Below, one piece after another: positions 53,010-62,953 of a stretch of 64,000 nucleotides of DNA. Position 1 is the first letter of the stretch, and every line of letters starts with the position of its first letter. Source of the stretch: an uncultured Acidobacteriota bacterium (lineage in GTDB: Bacteria > Acidobacteriota > Blastocatellia > RBC074); contig CAWCKY010000006.1 in assembly GCA_963796275.1 (NCBI GenBank), positions 1,792,001-1,856,000 of the forward strand, in the 5' to 3' direction. The position numbers were made by a program, and so were the translations under genes. The notes under the pieces were generated by a model. It did no database searches. It was not told where the DNA came from and saw only the letters and a program-made list of their open reading frames with translations.

Positions 53010-53938
53010 AATCTATCCCCATCTGCAGTGTAGAAGAAGGCGAGCTCCTGGACTTCGACTTTGCTCTTCTTCGTCAGGCGTATAGGCGTCGAGGCTTTGC
53101 CGATAAGCCCCTGATCCGCCAGGTACTCGCACGCCGTAGTCACGCAGCTCACATCGAAGTTCCGTTCGAAATGGTCCTCGATCTCGCCGGAGCCCCGCGC
53201 TTCCCCGATTTCACGCAGATGATCGATCACCGGCTTGAATAGCGCCGCGGCCCGCTCTGCCATGTAACGGTCGATCGCGTCCAGCGCCGCCTGCACGCTC
53301 TTTCGCGTCTTTTTATGATTGAGCAGGTCGGCGTAGATCGTCTTGAAAAAAGTCGGATTCAGTTTCATCGCCTGCGGAATCACCTCGCGATCGGCCAGCA
53401 GGCGCGCACCGATCACCTCAACCTGCGCCAGCGGCGTCGCGGCATAGAGAATCCAAAGCGCGGTATAGTCGATGTCGCCGCGCGTTTCGAAAAATTTATG
53501 AGCTTTGTAGATCGGGGGGAGCGCGTTCGTCGCTGCGCGCAGGAGCTGCACTTGCGTATCGCGATCGCCGATTTCGTTCAATGTGGCGCAGAGATCGGCG
53601 ATCGTCTGGTCGTGCGTGTAAAGCAACCGCCCCTTCGCCAGAAATGAGTGCGCGAACGAGTTGCGCACCGATCCCTCGACTGTCTTACGGAACTCTGCAC
53701 GCGGAATTAGGTACGCGTGAACATTCATCCCGTCCGCATAAAGCGCGATGCTTGACCGGGCGGCTTTCTTGTCGTCGATCGTCACTAGCACAAGGTCGAT
53801 GTCCGACTTCTCCCATACCGCGTCGTGCGACAGGCTGCCGCAGAGGATGGCAGCGAGGATCGTCCCGTCATCTTTCACCTGCTCGACCAGCTCATCGAGC
53901 GCTTTCGTGAATTTCTGCTGGATCGAATCGTCTCCCAT
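53000..53938 (-). CDS. Pol-beta-superfamily nucleotidyltransferase-like protein
   Basis: AAILCGSL...SDIDL motif followed by a helical domain. Confidence 0.75.
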   Translation of the reverse strand: MGDDSIQQKFTKALDELVEQVKDDGTILAAILCGSLSHDAVWEKSDIDLVLVTIDDKKAARSSIALYADGMNVHAYLIPRAEFRKTVEGSVRNSFAHSFLAKGRLLYTHDQTIADLCATLNEIGDRDTQVQLLRAATNALPPIYKAHKFFETRGDIDYTALWILYAATPLAQVEVIGARLLADREVIPQAMKLNPTFFKTIYADLLNHKKTRKSVQAALDAIDRYMAERAAALFKPVIDHLREIGEARGSGEIEDHFERNFDVSCVTTACEYLADQGLIGKASTPIRLTKKSKVEVQELAFFYTADGDRLCL

Positions 53939-53980
53939 GCGTGGTCGTCAAAATACAGGACGGCTCTCAGAAAGCTCCGA

Positions 53981-54409
53981 CTATCGTTCATCCGGCGGAT
54001 CGCTCTTCTTCATGTGCTTGACTGATCCCTTGATGATCCGCTTGAGCGTCGGCAGATCGATATCCGATAGCCGTTTGATATAAATACATGTTTTACCGCG
54101 CGAGTGTTTGCCGAGCCGAGCCATAAGCTCATCGTATCCTGCGAAACCCGGCCAGATGTAGAGCGTGATGTTCTGTTTGCGCGGAGAAAAGGCGGTCAGC
54201 GTCCAATCGCCCTCGCGGCCGCTCGCATATTTGTAGTGATAGCTGCCGAATCCTACGATGCTGGAGCCCCACATTTGCGGCTTCTCGTTGGTGGCCTTCC
54301 GCATTATGTCGACAATCGTCCAACAATCCTGGCGGACCTGTTCGTCTTTGATCGAATTGAGAAAGTCATCGACGGAAGCATCGTTCACTTTTGTCTTGAT
54401 CTCGGCCAT
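53981..54409 (-). CDS. DUF1801 (YdhG-like) protein
   Basis: MWGSSIVGFGSYHYKYASGREG, FSPRK, LGKH..GKTCIYIK. Confidence 0.88.
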   Translation of the reverse strand: MAEIKTKVNDASVDDFLNSIKDEQVRQDCWTIVDIMRKATNEKPQMWGSSIVGFGSYHYKYASGREGDWTLTAFSPRKQNITLYIWPGFAGYDELMARLGKHSRGKTCIYIKRLSDIDLPTLKRIIKGSVKHMKKSDPPDER

Positions 54410-54430
54410 CTATCCTCCCCAAAGCGATTC

Positions 54431-54817
54431 TCACCTTTGCCGTTCGCCCAGGCAGTAACAGAGCCCGTCCGGCGCTACAACGAAAAAAACTTTCCACGCG
54501 GTTTCGCCATGTCGATCGATGCGGAAGCCGGCATCTCCTTTTTCCAAACCATTCGATTGCAATTCTGCGAAGGCCGCTTCGACGTCGTCTACCTCGAAAA
54601 AACATCCCTCCTGGGACGGGTCGCCTCCGTTTTCGGCCAGCCCGATTTGAATGCCGTCTCGCGCAAGAATAGCCGACTTATGCGGCGCGTCTTTTCGTGA
54701 GAGGACGCGGAATCCGAATATTTTTTCATAGTAGGGAATTGCCGTATCGACGTTCTCAACCGGGAGATTCAATGCATCGTCAGCATAAGGCATTGCGGAT
54801 CGATATACTGCTTTCAT
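54431..54817 (-). CDS. VOC/glyoxalase/bleomycin-resistance family protein
   Basis: AAGGAG RBS; YYEKIFGF, FEVDDVE, APDG. Confidence 0.8.
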   Translation of the reverse strand: MKAVYRSAMPYADDALNLPVENVDTAIPYYEKIFGFRVLSRKDAPHKSAILARDGIQIGLAENGGDPSQEGCFFEVDDVEAAFAELQSNGLEKGDAGFRIDRHGETAWKVFFVVAPDGLCYCLGERQR

Positions 54818-54990
54818 CGTTAAGCTCCTTAAACTTCGACCATAACTCCCGCGTTGCAATGACAACTTGGCGAATTGAATAGCCACCGGACACCGGAAGA
54901 ACCGCGGGAATGATCAAGCAAATATTCCTGAGAGATTTGTTTTATGCCTCGTCTCCAATCGAATCTAATAGCTCCGGTGGGCCGGACAAT

Positions 54991-55695
54991 TCACATCATC
55001 CTGACCGCCCACCCCCGGACGACGCGCGCCATCTCGACGAATACATCCTCCTCGCTCGTGCGGGAACGTTTGAGGATGCGGAAGCCGTGGTCGGCGGTGT
55101 CCAGCGTGTGTAGTGTCACGCGTTCGCCGAGTTTTTTGCAGACAGATTCCAGTAGGTCCAGACGCGCCAACGCGTCGCGCGTGCCGCTGAGGAACAGCAT
55201 TGGAACGCTTACCGCTCCCAGGTGGTCGGCGCGCTTCGTTTCCGCTCTGCCGGGTTGATGCAGCGGGAAAGAGAATAAGACCAGCCCGCATACGCCATCG
55301 AGTGATGACTCAGAAGCCGCCGTGGATGTCATTCGCCCTCCGAATGAATGGCCGCCGGCCAGAAGCGGGAGATCTGAAGCCACCTTGTGAGCCGCCGAGA
55401 TCGCTGATCGAATGGTCGTTGTGCAAACCTCCTGAGAGTCGCGTCCCTTCCCGTGTTCCATGTAAGGGAAATTATAGCGGAAGGTCGCAACTCCCGTGTC
55501 GGCCATCCGATCCGCAATGTTCTGGAGTATGGCATGTCGCATGTTCGTGCTCGCCCCGTGACCGATCACTAATAGATGGCTCGCACCAGCGGGACGGGTC
55601 AAAATAGCCGAAACCTCTCCCTTCTCCCGCGTCGCTAAAAATTTCATCTCTATTATTTTGTGAGTCATCTCGAGGTCGCCACGATGCTCGATCAC
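54991..55695 (-). CDS. Alpha/beta hydrolase (KANL3/Tex30-like)
   Basis: HGAS, RYNFPYM, GGHSFGGR, FPLH, GTRD, ADHGF. Confidence 0.85.
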   Translation of the reverse strand: MIEHRGDLEMTHKIIEMKFLATREKGEVSAILTRPAGASHLLVIGHGASTNMRHAILQNIADRMADTGVATFRYNFPYMEHGKGRDSQEVCTTTIRSAISAAHKVASDLPLLAGGHSFGGRMTSTAASESSLDGVCGLVLFSFPLHQPGRAETKRADHLGAVSVPMLFLSGTRDALARLDLLESVCKKLGERVTLHTLDTADHGFRILKRSRTSEEDVFVEMARVVRGWAVRMM

Positions 55696-55933
55696 GATGC
55701 ATGAAGTCGAATGTCGTCGATCCTTCCCGTTCTATCCGACAGCCATCTTGATCAATGTCGTCCCGTTTATAACACACTTGTTCGATTCATCAAATAAGAA
55801 AAATCAGAAAGACGTGACCGTTCCTGGCCCTCAACGGGGGAATGGGTCAGTCGTCTGGCAATTCTTGACTGCCCAGTCTAGCTCTGTTTGTGACTGAATC
55901 TATTAAGTGTTAATGAAGCGGGGTATCGAACTC

Positions 55934-56371
55934 TCACTCTGCAGAGAGCACGGTGTTTTCCGGTACATCCGTATAACTCTCGAACTCTATCCGATAGCCG
56001 TCGGGATCCGACAGGGTAGTGACCCACATACCATTCCCAACGTAGGGTATCGAGGCCTTAATTCCTCGAGAGGTGACCTCGCGATAAATTGCCAGGGCAT
56101 CCTCACAGATGAAACAAACCGAGACGCCCTGACCCAGTTTTCCTTCGGGCACATTGGCATGGTGGCCGTCTTTCCAGAATTCTTGCAGCATCAGGGCAGC
56201 ACCACCTCGCGCGAGCCAGCACCAGCGAAGCTTGCCCTCATCGATCCATTTCCCGGTCATCTCGAAGCCGAGACCCTCGACATAATATCGGACGGATTCA
56301 TCAATGTTCGAAACGCGGAAAAACGGTACTGCCTGCTTGACGTTCGGTTCGGAAGTTTTCTCGCCTGTCAT
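55934..56371 (-). CDS. VOC/bleomycin-resistance family protein
   Basis: AVPFFRVSNI..YYVEGLGF, DPDGYRIEF; AGGAG RBS. Confidence 0.85.
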   Translation of the reverse strand: MTGEKTSEPNVKQAVPFFRVSNIDESVRYYVEGLGFEMTGKWIDEGKLRWCWLARGGAALMLQEFWKDGHHANVPEGKLGQGVSVCFICEDALAIYREVTSRGIKASIPYVGNGMWVTTLSDPDGYRIEFESYTDVPENTVLSAE

Positions 56372-56532
56372 GATTCGAACTCCTCACACACTCATTATGA
56401 TTTGAATGCTCTATCCACTTATAATCGATAGTGGAATTGGCCGGTGAAAAAAATCGATCAATTAAATGAAACCATTGCGGGTTCTGCATCAGTCTATTAC
56501 GATGATCGACTGTCCTTTTTCTATGGCTGTGT

Positions 56533-56580
56533 CTGTATTGCGTCGTATTGCATCTGTATTCTGTATTGCAACTGTATAAT
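56533..56580 (+). repeat. Short direct repeats (C/T)GTATT(G), about 5 copies, ending in TATAAT
   Basis: CTGTATTG CGT CGTATTG CAT CTGTATT CTGTATTG CAA CTGTATAAT in an AT-rich divergent intergenic region. Confidence 0.45.
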
Positions 56581-56784
56581 AATAAGAGTACCGGAAAAGA
56601 ACAGAAAACCGCTAAGTCGTGAGTCGTCAATAGTTGATGAGATTTATAATAACTATGAAAAGAAATATCTCATCAAACTCTATTTAAATCTTTTTTTGAC
56701 CCGACAACTGACGTCTCTCGTGCGACATGAACATGTAGATAGCGTTATCTAAACGCCCCGACGAGAGGCCGAAAAAGCGGGAGC

Positions 56785-59700
56785 ATGCTGCACCCTTACG
56801 ACACGTCGATTGATGAGTCCTCACCCAATCGTGGAGAACTATTTCTTCAGCGATATAATCGTTTACTAGATTGGGCAATGAAGCTCACTAATCAACGGCG
56901 GGCTGCCGCTGAGGACTTGGTTCACGATGCCTTTGTCCAATTCATGCTTTGTCGGTTGGAGGGCATCAACAACCTTGATGGTTATCTTTACGGCATGCTG
57001 CGGAAAATGCGCATATCGCAATTGCGCCGGTCAGCTCAGCAGATAAATAAGATGTATCATATTAGAATTGCCGATTACGATTCAGCGGAGGGTGGACTCG
57101 TTGCAGTATTACGAGCTGAATCGCACGCCGTAGATTCCCGCATTCAGATTCAGGACGAACTTCAGCAGATTTGCCAATATGTCTGTTCGCGCAAAGAGAC
57201 ATCCAAATCGGCAAGTATTCTTATTCTGAGATTTTTTCTGGGTTATTTTCCGCGCGAGATTGCCAAGATTCTCCGCTGTCAGGATCGGGCCGTACGCGAC
57301 CTGCTGATGACCGCCAGGCGGGAGGTGAAGCTCTACCTGAACTCTCCCGAGCAGTTGAAGTTTTTTACCGGCAATATCGGAAACGGAAATAAAAATAGTG
57401 GCGATGGGCAGAAGACTGGTGACGGGTTTAAATGGAATTCAACCGACAACCTGTTGCAGGACTTACGCACTACAATATTCCGATCACGAGAGCATGAATG
57501 TTTGTCCGCGGAACAGATTCAGAAATTTTACGATGATGAGGCCCCCGCTAACGCGCTCGATTGCGTGACGCTGGCCCACGTCGTCAGTTGCATCGGTTGT
57601 CTGGAGCATATCAATCGAATTCTTCAATTGCCGCCTCTGCTTGATCGTTTTCCCACCGACATGCTCGGCCCGGATAGCAAACGGAATGGCTCTGATGACG
57701 GGGACGGATCGGCCACGGGCAGTGCCAATGGCAGCAAGAGCAGCAGTGCCAACAGCAATAGCCATGCCATCTCACAACAGAGGTTGATGGAAGCCTTCGA
57801 GCATCGCCCGCAGGAACTTAGCGTGAGCGTCAATGGGTTCATTATCGGATCGCTCAAGATCAGCGGAGATACGAATGAACTTATTCTGAATCGAAATGGA
57901 GATGAGCCGGTCGAGTTTATTGAAGTCTTCAGCGAACAGGGGATCAGGTTATTGTTCTTTGAACCTGGTTCACCGGCCTGTGACGGGCGACATGATTACT
58001 GTATCCAACTGAGCAACGGGCGAAAACTTCACGTAGATTTCACTCCCGGTGTTCCCTGGTCATCATTCCAGATTTCATACAGCGACCCCGAGCTTAGCGA
58101 GATGGAAGAGCCGGCTCGTCTGAAGTTGGTCGAAAGCATTTCACAAAATCCGGTCCCGGCAGTGATTCTCTCAGAACCGCATCAGCTCCCGGTCGAGCCA
58201 GATCAAACATTATCGAGTGAACCGGCTACTCTGCCGCGTCCCTCCGAGGTCGGTCTCGTTTACGGTAAATTCAACGAGTTCTGGCGGGCTCTGGCGTCAT
58301 CATGCCAATTACTTTTCAGCGCCCGGCTCTGGACGCATCCCGGGCGGGTGACTGCGTTTGTTGCATCTTTGATAGCTATCGCGCTTGTGATTCACGGCCA
58401 GCTCGCACCGTCAATCAACGCCGCCAGTATTTTGGCGCGGGCGAACTCAACCGAAGAGAAGATTAGCAGCAATCCGGGCGTCATTCAGCACCGAATTATG
58501 GATTTTGAAGAGCGCCGTCCTGCTGATGGCCGGGTGATCTCGCGCTGGCGGATCGAGGACTACCGAAGCGGCGCGCGGGGCGTCAAGGTGCGACGCCTCT
58601 ACGATGAGAAGAATCGTCTGGTCGCCGGTGAGTGGCGAAGAGCGGACGGAACGCGCACGCTATACGGGCTTCAGGCGTCGCCGCAGGCTTCAACGCGGTT
58701 TTCAGCCCAGACTCTCAACCTGGACGACATCTGGCAACTCGATCTGTCCGCCAAAGAGTTCACGGCGCTGATCAAAAATCCCGATACTGCCACGATTGAA
58801 GAGACGGCTCGTAGCTACGTCATCAGATACCAACTTCCTGCGCCCGGCCCCACTCGGGCCATGGCAGAACTGATCAGCGCCGTAATCACTTTGAGCAAGC
58901 ACGATCTCTATCCGCTCGGGCAGACGCTCTTGATTCGACAGGCGGACGAGACCCGCGAATTTCATTTCAACGAGGCCAGCTACGAACAACTTCCGGTGAT
59001 CCGCGTATCACCCGATAGGTTTGAGCCGGAACCGGAACTCCTCGGCGACCGGGAGGCGAAGGGAAGTTTGAGCAATTTGTTAGAAGCCGCTCCCAATCCC
59101 AAGCCGGAGCCTTCGCCCGCAGCACTGGCGACTGCCGAATTGGAGGTCGAAGTGATCCGTTTGTTGGATCAGGTAAATGCCTTCTCGCGCGATCAACTGA
59201 ACGTGACTCGGTCGTCAAAAGGATTGCTTCAGGTAGAAGGCATAATTGATACTGATGAACGCAAGCAAGAGCTGGTGCGATCTCTCCTCACGGTTCAAAA
59301 CCATCCGGCGATCAGAATCAGGATCGAGACTTCGGCTGAGGCCGTAAAACGCCTGGCAGGGCAACAGTCGAATACGACCGTGAATCTGTCAGGTGCAAAC
59401 GAAGTTAGATTTACCAATAAATTCCCCCCTGCATATCCCGAGCTACGCCGCTACTTCAGCGAACGGGGTGCTGCCAATGAGCGCACCGATGCTATTGATA
59501 AATACACTGACACGATGTTGCGCCGTTCGCGTCGAACGTTGCAGCACGCGCGCGCGATGAAGCAGATCGCTGCTCGTTTCACACCGGAGCAGTTGAAGAC
59601 GCTTGACGAAAAGGCGCTCGCACAATGGCATACGATGATACGCGAACACGCGCGTTCATTTCAGAATGAAGTATCAATTATGCGTCGCGAGCTTGAACCT

Positions 59701-59955
59701 ATCTTCCTCCCCCCGAACTTTGTTACCGAGACGCAGACCGAAGCTGAATTTACCAACGACGTCGAATTGGTAAACGCCGTAGGACGCCTGTTCGAGGTCT
59801 GGGCGGATATCGATGAAGATGTACGCAATGCATTTTCAATCAGCACGGCTGATCCGATAATAATAGAAATCAAACTACCGCAGTTCTGGCGTTCTCTGAA
59901 AAGCGCCGAGAGTCTCGCAGCGGTAGTGAAAAGTTTTCCCACGAATCATCGCTGA
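56785..59955 (+). CDS. Giant ECF-type sigma factor fused to ZAS-like motif, TM helix and large C-terminal domain
   Basis: Region 2 (AAAEDLVHDAFVQF..GYLY), region 4 (LRFFLGYFPREIAKIL), HVVSCIGC (HxxxCxxC), TM VTAFVASLIAIALVI. Confidence 0.8.
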   Translation: MLHPYDTSIDESSPNRGELFLQRYNRLLDWAMKLTNQRRAAAEDLVHDAFVQFMLCRLEGINNLDGYLYGMLRKMRISQLRRSAQQINKMYHIRIADYDSAEGGLVAVLRAESHAVDSRIQIQDELQQICQYVCSRKETSKSASILILRFFLGYFPREIAKILRCQDRAVRDLLMTARREVKLYLNSPEQLKFFTGNIGNGNKNSGDGQKTGDGFKWNSTDNLLQDLRTTIFRSREHECLSAEQIQKFYDDEAPANALDCVTLAHVVSCIGCLEHINRILQLPPLLDRFPTDMLGPDSKRNGSDDGDGSATGSANGSKSSSANSNSHAISQQRLMEAFEHRPQELSVSVNGFIIGSLKISGDTNELILNRNGDEPVEFIEVFSEQGIRLLFFEPGSPACDGRHDYCIQLSNGRKLHVDFTPGVPWSSFQISYSDPELSEMEEPARLKLVESISQNPVPAVILSEPHQLPVEPDQTLSSEPATLPRPSEVGLVYGKFNEFWRALASSCQLLFSARLWTHPGRVTAFVASLIAIALVIHGQLAPSINAASILARANSTEEKISSNPGVIQHRIMDFEERRPADGRVISRWRIEDYRSGARGVKVRRLYDEKNRLVAGEWRRADGTRTLYGLQASPQASTRFSAQTLNLDDIWQLDLSAKEFTALIKNPDTATIEETARSYVIRYQLPAPGPTRAMAELISAVITLSKHDLYPLGQTLLIRQADETREFHFNEASYEQLPVIRVSPDRFEPEPELLGDREAKGSLSNLLEAAPNPKPEPSPAALATAELEVEVIRLLDQVNAFSRDQLNVTRSSKGLLQVEGIIDTDERKQELVRSLLTVQNHPAIRIRIETSAEAVKRLAGQQSNTTVNLSGANEVRFTNKFPPAYPELRRYFSERGAANERTDAIDKYTDTMLRRSRRTLQHARAMKQIAARFTPEQLKTLDEKALAQWHTMIREHARSFQNEVSIMRRELEPIFLPPNFVTETQTEAEFTNDVELVNAVGRLFEVWADIDEDVRNAFSISTADPIIIEIKLPQFWRSLKSAESLAAVVKSFPTNHR

Positions 59956-59967
59956 GCTAATAAGGAA

Positions 59968-60234
59968 ATGAACGAAAAGACTGCAAGAGAAAAACTGGTC
60001 TCTTACGTGGCTGGGACTTGTTCGCCGACAGAAAAAAAAGATTTTGAAGGTCATTGTCTCACCTGTAGCGAGTGCCGATTTGTATTGGCAGTTCTTCTGC
60101 GCGTCACATACCTGCCTATCGATGAAGAAGAGAAGAAGGTTTTAGAGCGTCTGTATCCGCACGGCGTTTTAGCAGCCAGCATGGCGCTGGAAAACGTAAC
60201 TCAGCGACCTGAATACATAGAAATGCGTGCCTGA
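59968..60234 (+). CDS. Small zf-HC2 (zinc anti-sigma) domain protein
   Basis: LVSYVAG..EKKDFEGHCLTCSEC. Confidence 0.75.
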   Translation: MNEKTAREKLVSYVAGTCSPTEKKDFEGHCLTCSECRFVLAVLLRVTYLPIDEEEKKVLERLYPHGVLAASMALENVTQRPEYIEMRA

Positions 60235-60735
60235 GCGACACTACCATCGCAAATCCTTAGGTCTCCACCGCAACCGCATATCCACAAATTGCGCCAACTG
60301 TAATTTCATTCCCTCCCATTGATGGGTGGAAATCGACTTTTCAACCTACTTATGCGGCAGTCCATTATATTTTTAATGCCGGCTACTGCCTTGCCGCATA
60401 TTATTTGATTATCGGTCGATTTGACCCTGAAGTCCGAATTTTCTGCCCTGCATTACATCGGGTTTCATTTGAAGAATAGATGATTGGTCGAAGACCAAGA
60501 ATTGGCGCAACCTGTCCGGTTCGAATCCAATGTGATCAGAGCACGCTGGTTACCCCTCGTGGTAATGACTGGACGCGATCGTCACGAATTGGGTGAAGAG
60601 CCTCGATATCAAAATGCTCGATAATATGAGCGCCACGGTTGCCGCTGTCTCCGGTTTTAATGCATCTGCTCATTCAGGTGGAAAACGCAATAATTCATCG
60701 CTGCGATTCCTTGATCGAGTGATGAAGAGGAATCG

Positions 60736-62913
60736 ATGAAGATAGAGAGATATCCGGTTATCCTCCTGATTTGCTTTCTTTGCAGCCTCACCGCGAGCGG
60801 TCTGTCTCAATCGAACAGTACTCTCCGCGGCACAGTTACCCTCGGTGATACGGGAAAACCAGTCCACAATGTGCGAGTGACGATCAATCAACTGAAGCGA
60901 TCTATTGAAACCGGGGAAGACGGAACTTTTGAATTTTCGAACATCCCTGCGGGTAAATATGATGTGACAGCCCACATGGACTTCGCGCCCGATATCGTTA
61001 AAAGTATAGAAGTCGGTGCCGGAGAATCGGCAACCGCCGATTTTCGAATCGAATTATCATCAGTGCGTGAGCAGGTGACGGTCACGGCTACCGGAAGCGA
61101 AGAAACGACTTTCAACTCGATACAATCAGTGACTGTCGTGGGCTCGCAGGAATTGGCGAAGAAGAATCCGGTCTCACTCGGAGAAGCGCTCGATTTCGAG
61201 TTGGGAGTGGCAAAGCGAAGTTTCGGCCCGGGTACTTCGCGCCCTGTTATACGCGGTTTCGACGGCGATCGCGTTCTCGTGTTGCAGGACGGCCAGCGAA
61301 TCGGCGCACTCGGCTTCCAATCGGGCGATCACAGCGAACCGGTAGATTTACTGGGTGCGGATAGGGTCGAAGTCGTCAGAGGACCGGCGACGCTTCTCTA
61401 CGGCAGCAGCGCGCTCGGCGGCGTGGTCAACGTGATCTCCGCACACGAATCGGCGCACGAGGGATTGCGCGGCTTCATAACGGGAATAGGCAGCACCAAT
61501 AACTACCAGGGCGGCGGCAGCGCCGGGATCGAATATGGCAAGGGAAACTGGTTGTTCTGGGGCAATGGCGGGGGACAACGAGCGGGTGATTACGCTACTC
61601 CGCTGGGCCGCGTAACTAACTCATACACGCGGGACGGCAATGGATCGGGAGGATTCGGTTATTTCGGTAAAGGCTGGCTCAGTGCCGATCTGGCTTATGA
61701 CAATCGCAAGTACGGCATCCCGTTCGATTCGAGTGAAGCGGCGCCTGAGGTTGTCTTCTTGACGCCGCGCAGAACCGGCCTACAGTTCAAAGGCGGATGG
61801 CGTGACAGTGAGAGATTTATGAGCGCCGGTCAGTTTTCACTCGCTTATAACAATTATAAGCACGATGAAGTAGAGTCCGCCTCCGGGGCCATTGGCACAT
61901 CATTCCGGAACAATTCCTACCTCTATCGTGGATTGATAGATGAACGGCGGACTGGCCGCCTCACCGGCAGCTTTGGTTTCTGGGGTATGCACCGCGATTA
62001 TGAGTCGATCGGTGAAGAGGCGCTGGCACCGCCCACAAAGAACAACGCAATTGCACTCTTCACTCTGCAGACGCTCGATTTCGACCGCGCCGTGCTGCAG
62101 TTTGGCGGACGATTTGAGCGAAATGCATATAAGCCAGATGGACTGGTGGATCGATCATTCAATGGATTTTCGGGATCGGCTGGGTTGCGCGTACCGCTGG
62201 TGGCAGGCACCGCTTTTGTCGCCAATTTCACGCACGCCTACCGCGCGCCCGGTCTGGAAGAACTCTATAACAACGGACCGCACCCGGGAAATGCGGTATT
62301 CGAAATTGGCAACCCAAACCTCGGGCGCGAGCGCAGCAGCGGTATCGATCTTTCCTTACGCCATTCGAGCGGGCGGCTGCGCGCCGAAGGAAATTTCTTC
62401 TACTACCACATCGACAACTTCATTTTCCTGGCGCCGACCGGCGACGTCGATGACAGCCTGCCGGTAGCCAATTATGCGCAGGGAGACGCCCGCTACGTGG
62501 GGGCGGAAGCCCGGCTGGATGTCGGACTGACGCGCAATATCTGGCTGTTGTCGGGTCTCGATTATGTCAACGCCGAACTGAAGGATACCAACACGCCGCT
62601 CCCGCGCATCCCGCCTTTGCGCGGCCGCATCGGGTTGGAGGCACTCTATAAAGGCTTTCGCATCAACCCCGAAGTAGTCATGGCTGGCGATCAAAACCGC
62701 ATATTCCCGCTCGAGTCGCGCACTGCCGGTTATGCCACGGCCAACTTGTCGGCTTCCTACACATTCGCGCGGCAGCACGTAGCGCAGACAATTTCAGTAA
62801 ATGCATTCAACTTGAATAATAAGCTCTATTTCAATCATCTCTCGTTCATCAAGAATTTCGCGCCGGAGATCGGGCGAGGGGTGAGGCTGGTTTACACGAT
62901 CAGGTTCTTTTGA
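60736..62913 (+). CDS. TonB-dependent receptor, metal-uptake type (ZnuD-like)
   Basis: Signal peptide, FGPGTSRPVIRGFDGDRV..SGDH, ELYNNGPH, YFNHLS, terminal Phe. Confidence 0.85.
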   Translation: MKIERYPVILLICFLCSLTASGLSQSNSTLRGTVTLGDTGKPVHNVRVTINQLKRSIETGEDGTFEFSNIPAGKYDVTAHMDFAPDIVKSIEVGAGESATADFRIELSSVREQVTVTATGSEETTFNSIQSVTVVGSQELAKKNPVSLGEALDFELGVAKRSFGPGTSRPVIRGFDGDRVLVLQDGQRIGALGFQSGDHSEPVDLLGADRVEVVRGPATLLYGSSALGGVVNVISAHESAHEGLRGFITGIGSTNNYQGGGSAGIEYGKGNWLFWGNGGGQRAGDYATPLGRVTNSYTRDGNGSGGFGYFGKGWLSADLAYDNRKYGIPFDSSEAAPEVVFLTPRRTGLQFKGGWRDSERFMSAGQFSLAYNNYKHDEVESASGAIGTSFRNNSYLYRGLIDERRTGRLTGSFGFWGMHRDYESIGEEALAPPTKNNAIALFTLQTLDFDRAVLQFGGRFERNAYKPDGLVDRSFNGFSGSAGLRVPLVAGTAFVANFTHAYRAPGLEELYNNGPHPGNAVFEIGNPNLGRERSSGIDLSLRHSSGRLRAEGNFFYYHIDNFIFLAPTGDVDDSLPVANYAQGDARYVGAEARLDVGLTRNIWLLSGLDYVNAELKDTNTPLPRIPPLRGRIGLEALYKGFRINPEVVMAGDQNRIFPLESRTAGYATANLSASYTFARQHVAQTISVNAFNLNNKLYFNHLSFIKNFAPEIGRGVRLVYTIRFF

Positions 62914-62953
62914 CATTTATTTCCCGATCTCCGGTCGTTCGTCAAGAAATTTA

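Noticed and set aside
60670-60710. Possible Zur/Fur box before the ZnuD-like receptor
   Set aside because: Only weak dyad symmetry; does not match the 15-bp box seen at 35489 and 40637.
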